Part shown: positions 29,194 through 32,000 of the stretch, one piece after another
How positions within the stretch are numbered: position 1 is the stretch's first letter
Layout of the letters: each line of letters starts with the position of its first letter
Sequence record: KC012945.1
Reading direction: 5' to 3' (one strand)
DNA length: 32,000 nt
The notes under the pieces: model-generated
Databases searched by the model: none
What the model was told of the DNA's origin: nothing
The model's input: the letters and a program-made list of their open reading frames with translations, nothing else
Position numbers and translations under genes: made by a program

Positions 29194-29631
29194 ATGAAAA
29201 ATTGTAAAAAAAAAGCTCAGTATCTTACTCGAAAATTCATTAATCATTTAATGCTTGATGGAAAAAAACAAAAGGCAGAAAAAATTTTCGTAGAATCTTT
29301 GAACTTAATATATGAAAAAGAAAAAAAGGATTGCCTAACAGTATTTTTTCGTGCATTAGAAAATTCAAAACCACTTGTTGAAATTCGTTCGATACGTAGA
29401 GGAGGTGCAACATATCAAGTACCTATCCCTATACATGAAAATCGAAGCTTGTCTTTAGCTATAAAGTGGTTGATAAATGCAGCAAGAAAGAAAGGTAGTT
29501 TTACTGCTTTTAATCTTAGTATAACGCTCTTAAAAGCTTCCAAAAATCAAGGTGATTGTATAAAAAAAAGAGAAGCTATTCATAAGGTTGCTTTAAAAAA
29601 TCGTAGTTTTGTCCATTTTAGAAGATTTTAA
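29194..29631 (+). CDS. rps7: ribosomal protein S7
   Basis: 145 aa. GKKQKAEKIF, PLVEIRSIRRGGATYQVPIPI and AIKWLINAARKK are S7 blocks. Confidence 0.9.
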   Translation: MKNCKKKAQYLTRKFINHLMLDGKKQKAEKIFVESLNLIYEKEKKDCLTVFFRALENSKPLVEIRSIRRGGATYQVPIPIHENRSLSLAIKWLINAARKKGSFTAFNLSITLLKASKNQGDCIKKREAIHKVALKNRSFVHFRRF

Positions 29632-29660
29632 TATTTACAGTAGACACAGAGTCTATTGAA

Positions 29661-29742
29661 ACTCGTTTGGTGGAATTGGTAGACACGACAGACTTAAAAT
29701 CTGTTTCCTTTAGGATTACCGGTTCAATTCCGGTAATGAGTA
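29661..29742 (+). tRNA. trnL: tRNA-Leu(UAA), type II
   Basis: 82 nt. Acceptor actcgtt/aatgagt (one G-U), anticodon stem acaga/tctgt, loop ctTAAaa, T-arm accgg/ttcaatt/ccggt. Confidence 0.88.
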
Positions 29743-29751
29743 AACATAAAA

Positions 29752-30660
29752 ATGAAAATTTTACTTTTCATAAATTTTTTCTTATTCAATTTTACTTTTA
29801 TGGATGCACCAAATTTTTGGCAATTGGGGTTTCAGGACCCCTCAACACCTATTATGGAAGGAATTATTGATTTTCATAACCATTTAATGGTGTTTATCGT
29901 TCCTGTTACTATTTTTGTATTTTGGTTGCTTTACAGATGTTTAAGTTTTTACAGTTACCAAGGTGATGTTCGTAAATCCTTGACTAATTATGATGAGTAC
30001 TTTACTCATTCAACAGTATTAGAAGTTGTATGGACAATTGTACCAGCTCTTATTTTGATGTTTATAGCGGTTCCGTCTTTTGCTTTGCTTTATTCAATGG
30101 AAGAATCTATTCAACCAAGTCTTACCTTAAAAGTAGTTGGCCACCAGTGGTATTGGAGTTATGAATATCCAGAAGTCCACCAAATTGAGGAACTTGACCC
30201 TGAAGCTTTAAAAGTTAGCGATCTTCCACCTGCTGAAGCATATTATAAAAAAGTAAATTTAGGAAGTTCAAAACAAATTTATTATAATGCCGCTACTGCA
30301 GAGCATTTGGGGTACGACTCTTACATGATAGCAGAAGATGATCTAACTAAGGGTTCTTTGAGATTGTTGGAAGTAGACAGACGTGTTGTATTACCTGAAA
30401 AAACACATATTAGAATTTTGGTAACTGCAGCTGACGTTTTGCATAGTTGGGCTGTTCCCTCTTTTGGAATTAAGGTAGATGCTTGTCCTGGTCGATTAAA
30501 TCAAACTTCGTTATTTGTAAAACGAAAAGGTGTTTATTTTGGTCAGTGCAGTGAGATTTGTGGTGTTAATCACGGATTTATGCCTATTGTAGTTAAAGTT
30601 GTGAGCAAATACGATTTTAAACTATGGCAAGTAGGAAAATTAATAAACTTTGACGTTTAA
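29752..30660 (+). CDS. cox2: cytochrome c oxidase subunit 2 with an in-frame insertion
   Basis: 302 aa. GHQWYWSYEY, DVLHSWAVPSFGIKVDACPGRLNQ and GQCSEICGVNHGFMP are present. About 36-38 extra residues lie between WSYEY and YDSYM. Confidence 0.96.
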   Translation: MKILLFINFFLFNFTFMDAPNFWQLGFQDPSTPIMEGIIDFHNHLMVFIVPVTIFVFWLLYRCLSFYSYQGDVRKSLTNYDEYFTHSTVLEVVWTIVPALILMFIAVPSFALLYSMEESIQPSLTLKVVGHQWYWSYEYPEVHQIEELDPEALKVSDLPPAEAYYKKVNLGSSKQIYYNAATAEHLGYDSYMIAEDDLTKGSLRLLEVDRRVVLPEKTHIRILVTAADVLHSWAVPSFGIKVDACPGRLNQTSLFVKRKGVYFGQCSEICGVNHGFMPIVVKVVSKYDFKLWQVGKLINFDV

Positions 30661-30711
30661 ATAATTTTTTCTTTAAAAATTTCACTTTTTTACATATTAA
30701 AATTTTTTTAT

Positions 30712-30784
30712 GAGAATGTAATTTGGTTGTTATTATATTAACATTTAAAGGCAAAAATTTTAGGTTCGAATCCTATCTTTCTCA
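30712..30784 (+). pseudogene. decayed copy of trnD (pseudo-tRNA)
   Basis: It has the same 73-nt length as trnD and aligns without gaps to it. The acceptor (6 of 7 bp) and T-arm (ggttcgaatcc) are retained. The D-stem (2 of 4 bp) and anticodon stem (3 of 5 bp) are broken by G/C to A/T changes. Confidence 0.7.
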
Positions 30785-30845
30785 AATTATTTACTATTCT
30801 GTGCATAAGCAGCCTAATGAAGAAAAAATTAATGCTGATGAATAC
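30778..30845 (+). repeat. copy C of the trnD-flank dispersed repeat
   Basis: tttctcaaattatttactattctgtgcataagcagcctaatgaagaaaaaattaatgctgatgaatac matches copy A at 43 of 49 positions. Its 19-nt core is identical to copy B. Confidence 0.75.
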
Positions 30846-31055
30846 AACTCTTTAAACACAAAACATACGCTCAAATACTGTTTTTGTAGTTTCATTGATA
30901 CGAAAGTATTATAGAGATAACCTAATTAAAAGGTTCTGATAACCATACGAAATTTTAAAAGTTGTAATAGTTTTTCAAAGATATTAATATTTTTAACAAG
31001 TGAGATAGATTTTTACGTAAGCAAGTTTTTTTATTTATATAAAAAGACTCTAGAT

Positions 31056-32000
<945 letters not shown>

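Noticed and set aside
30712-30784. The pseudo-trnD has TTA at the anticodon position (loop atTTAaa). It could in principle be a UAA-suppressor tRNA that reads through the in-frame TAA in rps4.
   Set aside because: The anticodon stem (3 of 5 pairs) and D-stem (2 of 4 pairs) are broken. Most genes in the window terminate with TAA, so a suppressor would be harmful. AT-drift of a dead tRNA copy explains the sequence.

Overview
The window is most of a compact, AT-rich mitochondrial genome of a protist or alga. Gene content suggests a stramenopile (ochrophyte, chrysophyte-like) mtDNA, but this lineage call is inference from recalled motifs; no database search was possible. Supporting features are tatC, many rps/rpl genes, nad9, nad11, atp8, a cox2 with an in-frame insertion, and a nad11 lacking its Fe-S domain. 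I can support 36 protein-coding ORFs: nad1-6, 4L, 9 and 11; cob; cox2 and cox3; atp6, 8 and 9; 17 ribosomal protein genes; tatC; and a few unassigned ORFs. There are also 23 tRNAs, a complete rnl and the 5' two thirds of rns. The code looks standard: there is no in-frame TGA and trnW has anticodon CCA. No introns were seen. Every gene is on the + strand except tatC.

Items worth a second look:
1. An untracked 54-codon tatA-like ORF overlapping the rpl5 stop. With tatC it would give a complete minimal TatA/TatC export system.
2. A 5S-rRNA-like sequence between rps2 and rps4.
3. rps4 is broken by one in-frame TAA, with the S4 C-terminus at the end of orf323.
4. A three-copy dispersed repeat derived from trnD plus its 3' flank, including a decayed pseudo-trnD. 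Its non-coding core is conserved, and the copies lie upstream of nad4, the rnl block and rns.
5. A second shared G-rich motif in two spacers.
6. orf60 is a tandem paralogue of the nad5 C-terminus.
7. nad11 is reduced to its C-terminal domain.
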